The notes beneath the pieces are model-generated. The model searched no databases and was not told where the DNA came from. It worked only from the letters and a program-made list of their open reading frames with translations. Made by a program: the position numbers and the translations under genes. Below are positions 27,368 through 37,829 of a stretch of DNA of 64,000 nt, piece by piece; positions within the stretch are counted from its first letter, which is position 1, and every line of letters begins with the position of its first letter. The stretch comes from Spirochaetota bacterium (GTDB taxonomy: Bacteria > Spirochaetota > UBA4802 > UBA5550), in the NCBI GenBank assembly GCA_963663865.1, contig OY760686.1, positions 2,720,001 through 2,784,000 of the forward strand, written 5' to 3'.

Positions 27368-28957
27368 ATGAAAACCCACAACTATGTGTCTGATTTCACA
27401 TTGAGGGACATTGTCATTATACTCTTCAGATACAAGATGCTGATTATATCAACCATCTTCATCATTATGGGACTGACCCTGCTGGGCCTGAAAATGAATA
27501 CGCCGATGTACGAAGCAAGCGTGAAAATTCTAATTAAAGGTCAGTCGGTATCAGCAGCGGAAACATATCAGAGCCTGGGTTCATTTCGTATTCACAACAC
27601 TCAGACCGAGATTGTAAATTCCACCCCGGTTCTGCGCAGGACAGTCATCGCCCACAAACTGCACGAGAGACCCCTTGATTACGAAAAGCAGTTCTGTTCA
27701 CCTATAAAAGCGCCTCTTGTCGAATTTATAGCTAAAAAGGATTTCCAGACGCTTGAAGAGGAAAAGCTGTCGCCTGAGGACAAAACAGAACGCCTTATAA
27801 GTATAGCGGTAAATAAGCTGAGAAAAAACCTCAGCACATCATTAATACCAAATTCCGACGTCTTTGTGATTAATGTATTAGACTACAGCCCTGAAGAAGC
27901 CGTAAGAATCGCCAATATTCTGAGCCGGTCATACGCGATTTTCGACCTGCAGTCACAGCTCGCAGAGTTGAACATGCGGTACGGAGTACTGCACCCTTCA
28001 GTACTTCAGCTCAAAGACAACATCGAAAACATGACCGAGAACCTTTCCGGAGACAGGCTTCCCGACATTGAGGCTATTGGAACTGCAAGCGTAAAGGTTA
28101 TTGAACAGGCTTCTTCAAACAGTCTGCCTGTAGGAAAATCTTCAAAGCTTGTCTTTATTATGGCTTTTTTCGCGGCCTGTTTTGTATCAATAGCTCTTGC
28201 ACTTCTATTTAATTCATTTAACAAAAAGTTCAGAAGTCCCCAGGACATAGTAACCACCCTCAACATACCCGTAATCGGTTCTGTCCCGAAGAAAAAACTC
28301 AAGGATGGGCTGCTTCTCTCCCACGATTCCAAACCGGGCATCTACTACTCCTTCTGTGAAGACCTTGCCGAGCAGGTCTACATTTTCATGAAAACACAGA
28401 ACATGAAGAAGATCATCATAAACTCCATAACCCGTCTGAAGAGCACTCAGGCCGTCAGTTCAAATATAGCATTCTGCATCTCTCAGCTCATGGGTCACAG
28501 AGTGCTGATTGTTGACCTCAATCTCAGCGCTCCTGTCTTATCAGTCATTCACCATACTGGAAAGGTGCCCTCCATTGACGAGCTGAAAGAATCTGAAAGC
28601 ATAGATGAGTACATTCAGCAGATTTATCCGGGGCTTGACGTCATTCCCTGCTCAAAAAGCCAGACGAGAGCATCGGCATTTTTAAAGCAGACAAGCCTTG
28701 GTGAAAAGATAGCCGCCGTTCAGGACAGATATGACGCGGTCTTTTTCGACTGTGTAAACATCACCAGCAGCGCTGATATTATTCTGATATCCGAATTCGC
28801 TGATGCCGTAATGCTTGTAATAAATGAAGGAAGGGATAAAAAGCAGGTGGTTAAGAAAACGGCGGGCATGCTCTCGGGAAACAACGTGAAACTGGTGGGA
28901 GGCGTACTGAACAACAGGACATTCCCTGTGCCAGGGTTGTTTTACAGGTATTTTTAA
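27368..28957 (+). CDS. Polysaccharide co-polymerase (Wzc/GumC-like) with degenerate tyrosine-kinase domain
   Basis: Two TMs, PMYEAS, LNIPVIGSVP, RVLIVDLNL, GGVLNN; Walker A region reads NSITRLKSTQ. Confidence 0.82.
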   Translation: MKTHNYVSDFTLRDIVIILFRYKMLIISTIFIIMGLTLLGLKMNTPMYEASVKILIKGQSVSAAETYQSLGSFRIHNTQTEIVNSTPVLRRTVIAHKLHERPLDYEKQFCSPIKAPLVEFIAKKDFQTLEEEKLSPEDKTERLISIAVNKLRKNLSTSLIPNSDVFVINVLDYSPEEAVRIANILSRSYAIFDLQSQLAELNMRYGVLHPSVLQLKDNIENMTENLSGDRLPDIEAIGTASVKVIEQASSNSLPVGKSSKLVFIMAFFAACFVSIALALLFNSFNKKFRSPQDIVTTLNIPVIGSVPKKKLKDGLLLSHDSKPGIYYSFCEDLAEQVYIFMKTQNMKKIIINSITRLKSTQAVSSNIAFCISQLMGHRVLIVDLNLSAPVLSVIHHTGKVPSIDELKESESIDEYIQQIYPGLDVIPCSKSQTRASAFLKQTSLGEKIAAVQDRYDAVFFDCVNITSSADIILISEFADAVMLVINEGRDKKQVVKKTAGMLSGNNVKLVGGVLNNRTFPVPGLFYRYF

Positions 28958-28987
28958 TACTCCGGCTCGCTTGCCGCTTCATTCATC

Positions 28988-30427
28988 TTATGAAGCGGCT
29001 GCACCATCTTCGTCTCTGCCGGCTGACTGCTTCTCCCGGTAAATAGTGATTAATCTCGAAATGATCCCCATATATATCCAGAAGATAAACTGGAAAGACT
29101 CAAGCGCGACAACCCCATTGATAATGAACATGGCAACCAGGCTGATCATAAGAAGCTGAAGAAGCTGATCATCCCTGACCGCCTTTCCCATAACAATAAA
29201 GGGCTTAATCATAGGTGAGATGAACATAAAAAGCCAGGAGAAAAGCCCTGCCAGACCGTAATAATAAGCAATTAAAAGATAGAGATTGTCGACCGTGTTG
29301 TGGTAGTTATCTCTCATATACCCCAGAAATCGCAGTCTCATAGGCGTTGGAATGAGTCCATGCCCGAATAGAATATTATTCTTAATATAGTCCTTTAAAA
29401 AATAGAACTGGTCAACCCTTGCGCTTGAGGAATCCTGGAGAACCGCGTCTCCGCTGAAAAAGGGATTGAGTGTTGACAGCCTGTATCTGAATGAACCCGA
29501 AAGCAGCAGAGGGAAAATCCCGAGAATATAGATAAATTTTTTATTTTTATCAACAACAAAAAGATAGTAAAGAATCACAATTATCGCCCCAATCTGGGCC
29601 CCTCTGGAATTAGTGCCGATAATCGTGTTAAAAACGAATCCTATAAGAAGGACTATCATCAGCTGATTGCGCCTGTAACGGTATAAAACCATGGCCAGAG
29701 TTCCTGCAAAATAGGTTCCGAAAGCTATAGGATGACTGAATGGACCAAGTATTCTTATTGCTCCTCCCCTTACGCTGTGTTCAAAAGCCCCCGTAAACTG
29801 GTCGCTGAATGTACCGAAAATTGAATACGGATTTGAGGTTGTTATGGTTTCGTACAGACCAAGAAAGCAAAGTACAACCACGGAACGGCTCATATTGACA
29901 ACAAGCAGTTCGATGTCATCCCTTGTCCTGAATGTTGAATAGACAATGACAGTCAGTATAAAGGACTCGAAAAAGTAACTGAAAAGGGCATTAAGTGTCG
30001 AACCTGCCGCGCCCGAGAAAAGAGCTGAGCCCAACACGCTAACAATGAAGCACAGTACAGGAACCCCGAAGGTCTTCGACCTGAAATACTCAGAGTAGTA
30101 CTTCAGGAAAAGCCCGCGCCTCAGCAGAAAAACTATGACAAGCAGCGCAAGAATTCTGTGAGCTCTCACTACCGGCATGCCGGGTGCCAGCCTTAGCCCC
30201 CAGAGAGACGGAAGAAGAGGATACAGAAAAATCAGAAATAAAATAAGGCTTTTAGCTTCAATCTTTTCTATATAGTACCAGTAAATAACGCCGCCAAGCA
30301 AAGCCGCACCAAGAACAGGAGATATAAGCGGATTTAATATGCTCACAGAAGAAAAAACTATACCGCATACGAGCAGAACAAAGAACTGAGCAGCAACGCC
30401 CGGAACAGAAATATCACGGACAGACAT
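28988..30427 (-). CDS. Wzy polymerase / O-antigen ligase family membrane protein
   Basis: Multi-TM; RILGPFSHPIAFG, TNSRGA, SSSAR, FGHG, VDNLYL. Confidence 0.8.
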   Translation of the reverse strand: MSVRDISVPGVAAQFFVLLVCGIVFSSVSILNPLISPVLGAALLGGVIYWYYIEKIEAKSLILFLIFLYPLLPSLWGLRLAPGMPVVRAHRILALLVIVFLLRRGLFLKYYSEYFRSKTFGVPVLCFIVSVLGSALFSGAAGSTLNALFSYFFESFILTVIVYSTFRTRDDIELLVVNMSRSVVVLCFLGLYETITTSNPYSIFGTFSDQFTGAFEHSVRGGAIRILGPFSHPIAFGTYFAGTLAMVLYRYRRNQLMIVLLIGFVFNTIIGTNSRGAQIGAIIVILYYLFVVDKNKKFIYILGIFPLLLSGSFRYRLSTLNPFFSGDAVLQDSSSARVDQFYFLKDYIKNNILFGHGLIPTPMRLRFLGYMRDNYHNTVDNLYLLIAYYYGLAGLFSWLFMFISPMIKPFIVMGKAVRDDQLLQLLMISLVAMFIINGVVALESFQFIFWIYMGIISRLITIYREKQSAGRDEDGAAAS

Positions 30428-30447
30428 TCAACCCCTCCCCTTTCATA

Positions 30448-31698
30448 TCACTGATTCCTTCGTCTACCAAAAATAAGCATGTATGACCCCGCTGTCCTGA
30501 AAGCCATTGAAGCTATTCCCGCAACTACAAATCCCTTCAGGCCGAAGCGGGCAAGCATGAAGATGCCCCCGATCCTTATGACAATACTTACGGCATTTAC
30601 GAGCTGCATCCATCTTTGCTGTGTGGATGAGCTTTTTGCGACAATGTAGCAGGCTGGCACCGCGTAAATCAGAATTACTGAGTGATAAAGACAAAACAGA
30701 GAAGTAAGGGCAATACCCGAGTGATACTTCCCGGCAAACAGAATATCAAGTATAATATCCGAAAAGATTAGATAAAATGACGAAAGCATCAGAGCAGCTA
30801 TCAGGACCTTTCGTATTAGTCCTGACAAAGACATCTCCGGATTTTGAGAAAGCTTTTGAGAATAGACGTTAAATATAGCGACATACGCGAACCCGAAAAT
30901 CTGCATGAGAGCGGTCATTATTCCGAAGAGGGCCATATCGCTGTAAGTCAGCAGCTTAACAATCAAAAAGCCGTCGACCCTGGTCAGCATCATCACAATT
31001 ATTCCAAGTTCCCACATGGCCAGGCCGTTCAAGAAAAAATGCCTGTTGATTTTTTTACTTCCCTCACCCCACCTGACGAGAAGGTAGACAAGAACCGGAA
31101 TTATAAAGAGATAAGATGAAAACTTTGCCGTAACCGCTGACGAAAGCGTTATTTTAGAGGTCAGCACCAGAACAACGAGAATGAAGCCAAGAATTACCGG
31201 TGCAGCTCTTTCGATCAACAGAGACATATTGAAACTGCCTTTGGACCTCAAAGCCGCTCCAACCAGAGTTGTAATGCAGTGCAAAAATGCCGCTGCGACA
31301 ATTATTCCAACAAAGCTTATTTGAATACCGTATAACTTCACAATCAGAAATGCTGGAATTGGAAGAGCTGCAAGAACCAGCATTGAATACACAAGAAATG
31401 TTTTTTTCCATTTGTAATTATTTATCGGATCAGCGGAGAAGAACCTCAAAATAGAAGAGGACTGGCCAAGAACACAGACGAAAGCCAAAACATCGATAAT
31501 ATTGAAAAATATAAAGGTATATCTCCCAAAATCGTCTTTCGAAAGGTATTTACCAAGGACCATATTGTTGCCGAGCTGAATGACAGCGATAGCGCCCAAT
31601 ATAATGAAATTCTGGAAAGCCTTATGTGCTATCAGATGGCGGACTTTATACTTCATAACATTCAGCCATTTTTTATTATTACAAACAGGAATATTCAT
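30448..31698 (-). CDS. Wzx-like flippase
   Basis: About 12 TM, KYLSKDDFGRY, TRVDGFLIVKLL; lies in the polysaccharide locus. Confidence 0.75.
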   Translation of the reverse strand: MNIPVCNNKKWLNVMKYKVRHLIAHKAFQNFIILGAIAVIQLGNNMVLGKYLSKDDFGRYTFIFFNIIDVLAFVCVLGQSSSILRFFSADPINNYKWKKTFLVYSMLVLAALPIPAFLIVKLYGIQISFVGIIVAAAFLHCITTLVGAALRSKGSFNMSLLIERAAPVILGFILVVLVLTSKITLSSAVTAKFSSYLFIIPVLVYLLVRWGEGSKKINRHFFLNGLAMWELGIIVMMLTRVDGFLIVKLLTYSDMALFGIMTALMQIFGFAYVAIFNVYSQKLSQNPEMSLSGLIRKVLIAALMLSSFYLIFSDIILDILFAGKYHSGIALTSLFCLYHSVILIYAVPACYIVAKSSSTQQRWMQLVNAVSIVIRIGGIFMLARFGLKGFVVAGIASMAFRTAGSYMLIFGRRRNQ

Positions 31699-31702
31699 GC
31701 TA

Positions 31703-32959
31703 TTAAGAGGGTATACTCCTGCAGCGTTTCCATAATCCCCTCACTACAGCTCTTTTCATGGTACCGGCAAGACTTCTAATTTTTTCGGACAGGGGAATTG
31801 TCATCCATAACCTCAAAAGGCGGTAACCAACAAAGCGCGGGACAGGAATCATCAGCATTTTCATCGCAGCAAGTCTTCCGAAAACAACGCTTTTTCTGTA
31901 ACACAGCCCCTGAGCCTTGACAATGTCCGCTGTTGAGGCCGATTCGGCTTCAATATATCCCGCCTGAACAGCCCGGTTGAAAAGCTTCTCACCATTACTG
32001 TTTCTTACAAGTATCAGAGACAGTCCCGGATTTTCATTGTCAGGCCTGTATCTATGCCAGGCGTCGCCACCGGTCAGGTCAGCGAGTTCGCCGAGTCCGT
32101 CAGGACATATCTGGCATCTGAATGTTCTGTACTTCTGAAGATACTTCCAGCTCTCCAGGTAGGGCATGAAGGCGGCAATATTGCCTGACATATCCCTGAC
32201 GCTGAACCCGCCGGGCCAGCCGTCTCCCCGGTAACGCAGAGATGAAACCTCTGAAGGATTCGCCCCAAGAGACTTCATAAGACTTAGCGTCCCCTCGGTT
32301 GAGGGAGTTCCAGCACACATGAACGACAGTACAAGCCCGAGTTTCATATCAAGGGCCGGACGTCTTTTCCGTAAGGCCTGAACCGCCGATACATCGCATG
32401 GCCTCCCGATAAAAACGCATGGCCGGCTGCTCTCTTCAATAACTCTGAGAAGCTCACATACTGATGAAGTCTGGTACCGCGATCCGCTGTTTGCCGCCAG
32501 CTCCTCTCTGTTTCTGCTTATTATTGTCCTGTTCAGCCATGGCCTCTCCGGATCCATGCCCACGTGAAGAACAGCCTCCATATTTTCCTTTTCGATGCAG
32601 TATAGAGCCATAGCGGTAATTATTCCGCCGGATGAGGCCCGCCTCCTCAGCTCAGGGTCTGCCGCGTTCCCCTGCCATACAGAAAGCAATGGACCTGCCA
32701 GCATCCCGTTAACATCCGCGTGTTTATATTTGTCGGGTACGATTCGTCCTTCCCCGCAGCTGCTCCCCGGACAGAACGACATACAGCTGTCTCCGCATTC
32801 GCGGCAGATACTACGGTCAAAGACCGGCCTTATACCGATATCGTCGTAGTTTTTCAACTCAACCGCCCCGTCCGGGCAATGGAAAGCACAGGCCCCGCAC
32901 CCGGTGCAAAGGCCCCAGTCAACAATATCGAATATGTGTCTCGCGCGGAACATCCTCAA
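31703..32959 (-). CDS. FrhB/FdhB-like (F420 hydrogenase beta subunit) Fe-S protein, polysaccharide-locus type
   Basis: CTGCGAC..CP ferredoxin motif, ASSGG, GSRY, GRPC, CAGTPS, YRGDGWPG, RCQICPD, GDAW. Confidence 0.85.
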   Translation of the reverse strand: MRMFRARHIFDIVDWGLCTGCGACAFHCPDGAVELKNYDDIGIRPVFDRSICRECGDSCMSFCPGSSCGEGRIVPDKYKHADVNGMLAGPLLSVWQGNAADPELRRRASSGGIITAMALYCIEKENMEAVLHVGMDPERPWLNRTIISRNREELAANSGSRYQTSSVCELLRVIEESSRPCVFIGRPCDVSAVQALRKRRPALDMKLGLVLSFMCAGTPSTEGTLSLMKSLGANPSEVSSLRYRGDGWPGGFSVRDMSGNIAAFMPYLESWKYLQKYRTFRCQICPDGLGELADLTGGDAWHRYRPDNENPGLSLILVRNSNGEKLFNRAVQAGYIEAESASTADIVKAQGLCYRKSVVFGRLAAMKMLMIPVPRFVGYRLLRLWMTIPLSEKIRSLAGTMKRAVVRGLWKRCRSIPS

Positions 32960-32969
32960 CTTAACCGAT

Positions 32970-34292
32970 CTAATCCTGCAGTGAAGCGGTGCACTTCATG
33001 GCATTCCGCTTCATCTCAGGGATTTTTTTACGTAGTTGGACCGAAATTGCCCGTCTGTTTTTAAAACAGTCACTTATCTTCTGCAGAATCATTTCCTGTG
33101 AATCACTGCGGAGATCGGCGACGTATTCTCCCAAACCAAGCTTTTCGGTTATTCCCGCAAACTTATAGCTGTAAGCTTGTGGGACTGTAGGGATATTCGA
33201 GGAGAGACTGCCGATACAGGCATGCATTCGGGCCCCGGTGAAAAAGGACAGCCTCCCGAGAATATACTTTATCTGCGGGGCCGTGTAACCGCCCTTAAGG
33301 ATGAACATTCTGCCCTTGAAGCCCTCTTTCTCAAGCTTGTCCATAATATCCCTGTTCGCAGGCAAATCCTGATCGGTGACATGTGAGATAAAAACTACCT
33401 TTATCCGCCTGTCCAACTTGAGAAGATGCCTGACTATGGCCTCCGACAGCGATGGATAGTCAGATCCGGAGGCAACCAGTCCGCTGCCCGAGCCGCCCCG
33501 ATAGAGAAAACCGCTGACATTGACTCCTGCGAGCAGTGCCCCTTCCGCGAACCTGTCAAGCCCAGGGCTTTTAACCTTCTCAGGTTCCATCAGGAAAGCC
33601 ATATCACAGGCATCCTCGATATTGCCGGTTTCTCCAAACCGTTCTCTAATATGCTTACGGCTCATCTCCTCGCGCACGTACACCCGGTCAGCCCCCGATA
33701 TAACCCGGCGGGCCAGAAATTTCGCGCAGGTTCCGTTAAAAGGCCCAATTGTCTGCGGGAAAATAACAGTCTTCCTTTTATACGATATGCAAATAAGCTT
33801 ATCCAGACAATGCCTTAAAAAGACATGAATTCCATAAATGTCGCTGAAGCTGTCTCCCTCAGCGAGGTTTATAAGGATGTCACAGGTTGTGAGCTTATTC
33901 AAGGTTTTTCCGCTGTGCTCAACCCTTTTCTTCCTCCAGGACGGGCGCAGAAGGAATAAGGGGAGATAATAGACCGGGAGCATTCGTACGAAAAGAAACC
34001 TTTTAAAGGCGCCTGGAAGAAAAAAGAAGACACTGTGAAGCAAGCCGCAAATAATGTACTTGCTGCTCCAAACATGGTTTTCGCATATTCGCAGCCTTTT
34101 CCCCGCGATCTGAATCAGATGCTCTTCTTTGTAATCCTCGTAAGAATTCTGGTTGAACAGCTCAATATGCGCCCCGGGAAGAGCCTCGAGCACTGCAGTG
34201 ACCGCGCCGATTGTCAGGGCATTTATGCCGAGATTAGTACTCGATAATGAAGCGCCTGTCAAAAGTACCTTTCTTTGACCATTGATGGACAT
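32970..34292 (-). CDS. Polysaccharide pyruvyl transferase family protein (WcaK-like)
   Basis: NLG..AL, GDSFSDIYG, PQTIGPF, VYVRE..S, DMAF, GARMHACI, YSYKF. Confidence 0.85.
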   Translation of the reverse strand: MSINGQRKVLLTGASLSSTNLGINALTIGAVTAVLEALPGAHIELFNQNSYEDYKEEHLIQIAGKRLRICENHVWSSKYIICGLLHSVFFFLPGAFKRFLFVRMLPVYYLPLFLLRPSWRKKRVEHSGKTLNKLTTCDILINLAEGDSFSDIYGIHVFLRHCLDKLICISYKRKTVIFPQTIGPFNGTCAKFLARRVISGADRVYVREEMSRKHIRERFGETGNIEDACDMAFLMEPEKVKSPGLDRFAEGALLAGVNVSGFLYRGGSGSGLVASGSDYPSLSEAIVRHLLKLDRRIKVVFISHVTDQDLPANRDIMDKLEKEGFKGRMFILKGGYTAPQIKYILGRLSFFTGARMHACIGSLSSNIPTVPQAYSYKFAGITEKLGLGEYVADLRSDSQEMILQKISDCFKNRRAISVQLRKKIPEMKRNAMKCTASLQD

Positions 34293-34693
34293 GGAGTTAC
34301 CGTTATCTAATTATTGTGCTTAAAAGTCTTATGCTGCGCGCATGTAAAGACAGGACCTCACCGGCACCATATGCTATTATTGTCATGTGTCAAGAAAGAT
34401 ATGCTCTATTTTTTGCATGGCACCGGATATTGTCTCAATCAACTGTTAAACAACATACATATCAGGCCAGTATCATTCCTGAGAAACTGCAAAAGTCAAC
34501 TCCTTCACAACCCAATCAGAATTTTTCGAAGAGTATTATCCTTGACAATTACACTTTTATTGTTATTAATCCTAATAAACTTCCCTGACATGAGACTCCG
34601 TTTCTTTTGGTTGAATGGGCGCCTTTGTAGTTTGTCTTGATTCATGGATTTAACCTGTTTCCAGTTTTTATAATCTTGATTAAGTGAGCGACT

Positions 34694-35653
34694 ATGAGGT
34701 TAACCGCAGCACTATCCCTTGACATGGACAACCAGTGGTCTTACATGAAAACCCATGGAGATTCTGGCTGGGAGTCCTATCCCTCGTACTATGACGTCCT
34801 CGTACCATCATCTCTGGAGCTGCTGGACAGACTCGGCGTCAAAATCACCTACTTCGTAGTCGGACGCGACGCTGTCGACAGGAAAAATGCGGCCTTTCTG
34901 AAAATGATAACTGACAACGGCCACGATGTAGGCAATCATTCATTCAACCACGAGCCATGGCTTCACCTGTATTCCAAAGAAAAAATCTCTGATGAAATCT
35001 CTCAGACAGACAAAGCTATAAAAAAAGCCTCCGGACGGAAACCTTCCGGATTCAGGGGCCCCGGATTTTCATGGAGCCGCGATCTTCTCGATGTTTTAAG
35101 CGGCATGGACTACGCTTACGACGCCTCCACCCTCCCGACATGGATTGGGCCGCTTGCCAGAGCCTACTATTTCAAATCGACCTCGTTCTCCGGGGAAGAA
35201 AAGGAACAGAGAAAAAAGCTTTTCGGCGGATTTTCAGACGGATTTCGAAGGAACAAACCCTATAGATGGGACCTGGGCAGCGGGAAGAGTATTCTTGAGA
35301 TTCCTGTTACCACCATGCCGGTAATGAGAATCCCATTTCACCTGAGTTACCTTCTCTATGTGTACAGACTCTCCCCCGGGCTGATGCGCATGTATCTTAA
35401 GACGGCCTGCAACCTCTGCCGTGCTGCCGGTTTTGGGCCCAGCTTTCTGCTGCATCCATTAGACATTATCAGCGGCGATGCCGTCCCTTCGCTATCATTC
35501 TTCCCCGGCATGGATATCCGCACAGAAGAGAAGTCAGCGGTATTTCTGGATGTAATAAAGATACTGTCTGAGCACTTTGAACTGCTTCCTATGGACCTCT
35601 ATTCCGCCGGGCTATCACCGAGGAAGCTGGCAACAAAACGGCCGGGAGTTTAG
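34694..35653 (+). CDS. Polysaccharide deacetylase (CE4/NodB-like)
   Basis: SLDMDN, TYFVVG, GNHSFNH, GFRGPG, YDAS, LLHPLD. Confidence 0.85.
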   Translation: MRLTAALSLDMDNQWSYMKTHGDSGWESYPSYYDVLVPSSLELLDRLGVKITYFVVGRDAVDRKNAAFLKMITDNGHDVGNHSFNHEPWLHLYSKEKISDEISQTDKAIKKASGRKPSGFRGPGFSWSRDLLDVLSGMDYAYDASTLPTWIGPLARAYYFKSTSFSGEEKEQRKKLFGGFSDGFRRNKPYRWDLGSGKSILEIPVTTMPVMRIPFHLSYLLYVYRLSPGLMRMYLKTACNLCRAAGFGPSFLLHPLDIISGDAVPSLSFFPGMDIRTEEKSAVFLDVIKILSEHFELLPMDLYSAGLSPRKLATKRPGV

Positions 35654-35657
35654 GAAT

Positions 35658-37331
35658 ATGCCTTTGAATAAAAATATACTTACGATTCAGCTGCAGGACT
35701 ATTTTCATCACCGGCTTTACAAGAGAGTTATCGGAGAAAGCCAGTGGAGCCGCTTTGAAAGCCGTCTGGACAAGAATGTTGATGAGCTGCTGAAGCTTCT
35801 TGACTCATACGGCGTCAAGGCTACATTCTTTACTCTCGGATGGATTGCTGACAAGAACCCTGCCCTCATCAGGAAAATCGTAAAAAGGGGACACGAGATA
35901 GCGAGCGCCGGTTATTACGGGAAATGCCCCGGTGAAGTAACACCTGAACAATTCAGAGAGGACATAGACAGAGCGAAGGAATCACTCGAACGAGCCGGGT
36001 CTAACCGGATAGTCGGATACAGAAGCATTGCCTGCTCTATCAGAGAAAAGGACCTGTGGGTGCTGGACATACTGGCCCAACAGGGATATCAGTACGATTC
36101 AAGCCTGATGCCCGGACCTTCAATTACGCCTTCAGGAAAAATCAAACGCTTCGTTCATGAATACAAATTTGGGAAAACACGCATCATGGAGCTGCCTCTT
36201 TCAGTATGGCCGGTTTTAGGCTTCAGCTTTCCGATAGGCGGAGGCAATTATTTCAGGCAGTTCCCTCACAGGCTGATGTTCAGGCTTTTTAAAAGATGGA
36301 TTTCCAGGCACAAATCACCCTTCATGCTCTACCTGCATCCATGGGAGCTTGACAGCCTTCTTCCCGACATAACAGCTTTTGATACGATTTCCAGGATCAG
36401 GCAATATCGCAACCTGGGCAAAATTAAGCAGATTCTTCCTGAATATCTGAAGGAAGGCAACTTCACCAGCATAAGCGGATATCTAGGGATTAAGCCCGGC
36501 AAACCGGCTGTTCTAAGAAAAAGTACACGTACGTCGATAAAGCCTGCAAAAAAGCAAAACTCTTCCGGCTTAATCGCGGCAACAGTAGTAATACCATGCT
36601 TCAATGAAACAGCATCAATCCCCTTTCTGCAGAAATCTCTGGAAGAGCTTGAGGCAGAAGCATGCGACATCTATAGATTTAACTTCATATTCGTTGACGA
36701 CCGCAGCACTGACGACACATACAGCGTCCTTCAGAAAACCTTCAGCAATAAAACCAGGCACCGTGTTATACAGCACAGCCGTAATATGGGTGTTGCCGGC
36801 GCCATCAGAACAGGGCTTATTGAGGCAAAGACCGAGATAGTCTGCTCTATCGATGCGGACTGCTCGTACGACCCGTTAGCCCTCATCAGAATGATATCAT
36901 ACCTCGAAGAAGGCGTTGATCTCGTAACGGCATCGCCCTATCACCCGGAGGGTTCTGTTTTTGCGGTACCGGCGTGGAGGCTTTTCCTTTCAAGGTCGCT
37001 TTCAGGAATATACCATTTTCTCCTGAAGCATAAGTTCTACACCTACACGTCATGCTTCAGGGTTTACAGAAAAAGCCGTGTCATCGACTACCTCAACAGC
37101 TATGACGATTTCCGGGGAATAGTTGAGCTTATAGCAAAGCTCGACATCAACGGATTGACTCTGCGCGAATTCCCGACAACGCTGCAATCCAGGATATTCG
37201 GCTACTCTAAAATGAAAACATTCAAGACAATCATTAGGCATATCAACCTGCTCAGAATCATATCGAAATATAAAAAGAATGTCCTCAGGACAAGAGCCGA
37301 GTCACTGTTGCGCTCTGCCAATACCATGTAA
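35658..37331 (+). CDS. Fusion of a DUF3473-type polysaccharide deacetylase and a GT2 (polyprenol-phosphate sugar transferase-like) domain
   Basis: N-terminal ATFFTLGW, GHEIAS, YDSS, GGGNYFR, YLHPWE; C-terminal VVIPCFNE, VDDRSTDDT, IDADCSY, TSCFRVY. Confidence 0.8.
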   Translation: MPLNKNILTIQLQDYFHHRLYKRVIGESQWSRFESRLDKNVDELLKLLDSYGVKATFFTLGWIADKNPALIRKIVKRGHEIASAGYYGKCPGEVTPEQFREDIDRAKESLERAGSNRIVGYRSIACSIREKDLWVLDILAQQGYQYDSSLMPGPSITPSGKIKRFVHEYKFGKTRIMELPLSVWPVLGFSFPIGGGNYFRQFPHRLMFRLFKRWISRHKSPFMLYLHPWELDSLLPDITAFDTISRIRQYRNLGKIKQILPEYLKEGNFTSISGYLGIKPGKPAVLRKSTRTSIKPAKKQNSSGLIAATVVIPCFNETASIPFLQKSLEELEAEACDIYRFNFIFVDDRSTDDTYSVLQKTFSNKTRHRVIQHSRNMGVAGAIRTGLIEAKTEIVCSIDADCSYDPLALIRMISYLEEGVDLVTASPYHPEGSVFAVPAWRLFLSRSLSGIYHFLLKHKFYTYTSCFRVYRKSRVIDYLNSYDDFRGIVELIAKLDINGLTLREFPTTLQSRIFGYSKMKTFKTIIRHINLLRIISKYKKNVLRTRAESLLRSANTM

Positions 37332-37346
37332 ATTCGGAGAGATAGT

Positions 37347-37712
37347 GTGATTAAATACTACGTCTCACTTGGAACATCGATTCTATGCAACTGCGCGAGC
37401 CTCATTCTCCTCAAAAAGGGGCTCTCTACAATGCCCGATTTCGCAGAAAAAATCGGAAAGCTTTCATCATGGATAGAGCTTTTAACCAGCGGATATGTCA
37501 TGGCCGGAATACTGCTATTCGGTATTTCATTCATCACCTGGGTCATATCATTGACTAAAATTGACCTCAGCCTGGCATATCCTACAGTGAGCTCAACATA
37601 CATAATCGTAGCCATTGCGGGGTATTATCTTTTTAACGAACAGGTCTCAGTATGGAGATGGGCCGGCATCGGTCTAATAATGGCAGGAATAATTGTTATG
37701 TACCGGAAGTAG
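37347..37712 (+). CDS. SMR/EamA-like small transporter (ArnE/ArnF-type lipid-linked sugar flippase)
   Basis: 121 aa, 4 TM, LSLAYP...LFNEQVS..WAGIGLIMAG. Confidence 0.78.
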   Translation: MIKYYVSLGTSILCNCASLILLKKGLSTMPDFAEKIGKLSSWIELLTSGYVMAGILLFGISFITWVISLTKIDLSLAYPTVSSTYIIVAIAGYYLFNEQVSVWRWAGIGLIMAGIIVMYRK

Positions 37713-37829
37713 TCCCGTAAACTATATATACTGCCCTATTCAAGCAGAATATTTCCAGAAACGCCCCTGGCTCACAGTAATGCCAGGTCACGCAGCACAT
37801 CCTGACAGGAGGCCAAACCCAGCGCCGAG

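Noticed and set aside
31703-32959. FrhB-like gene as part of a hydrogenase linked to hydG
   Set aside because: No hydrogenase subunits are nearby; the context is a pyruvyl transferase with wzx/wzy.
34314-34640. Small ORFs in the AT-rich divergent intergenic region
   Set aside because: TTG starts, no RBS and no recognisable motifs; better explained as a promoter region.
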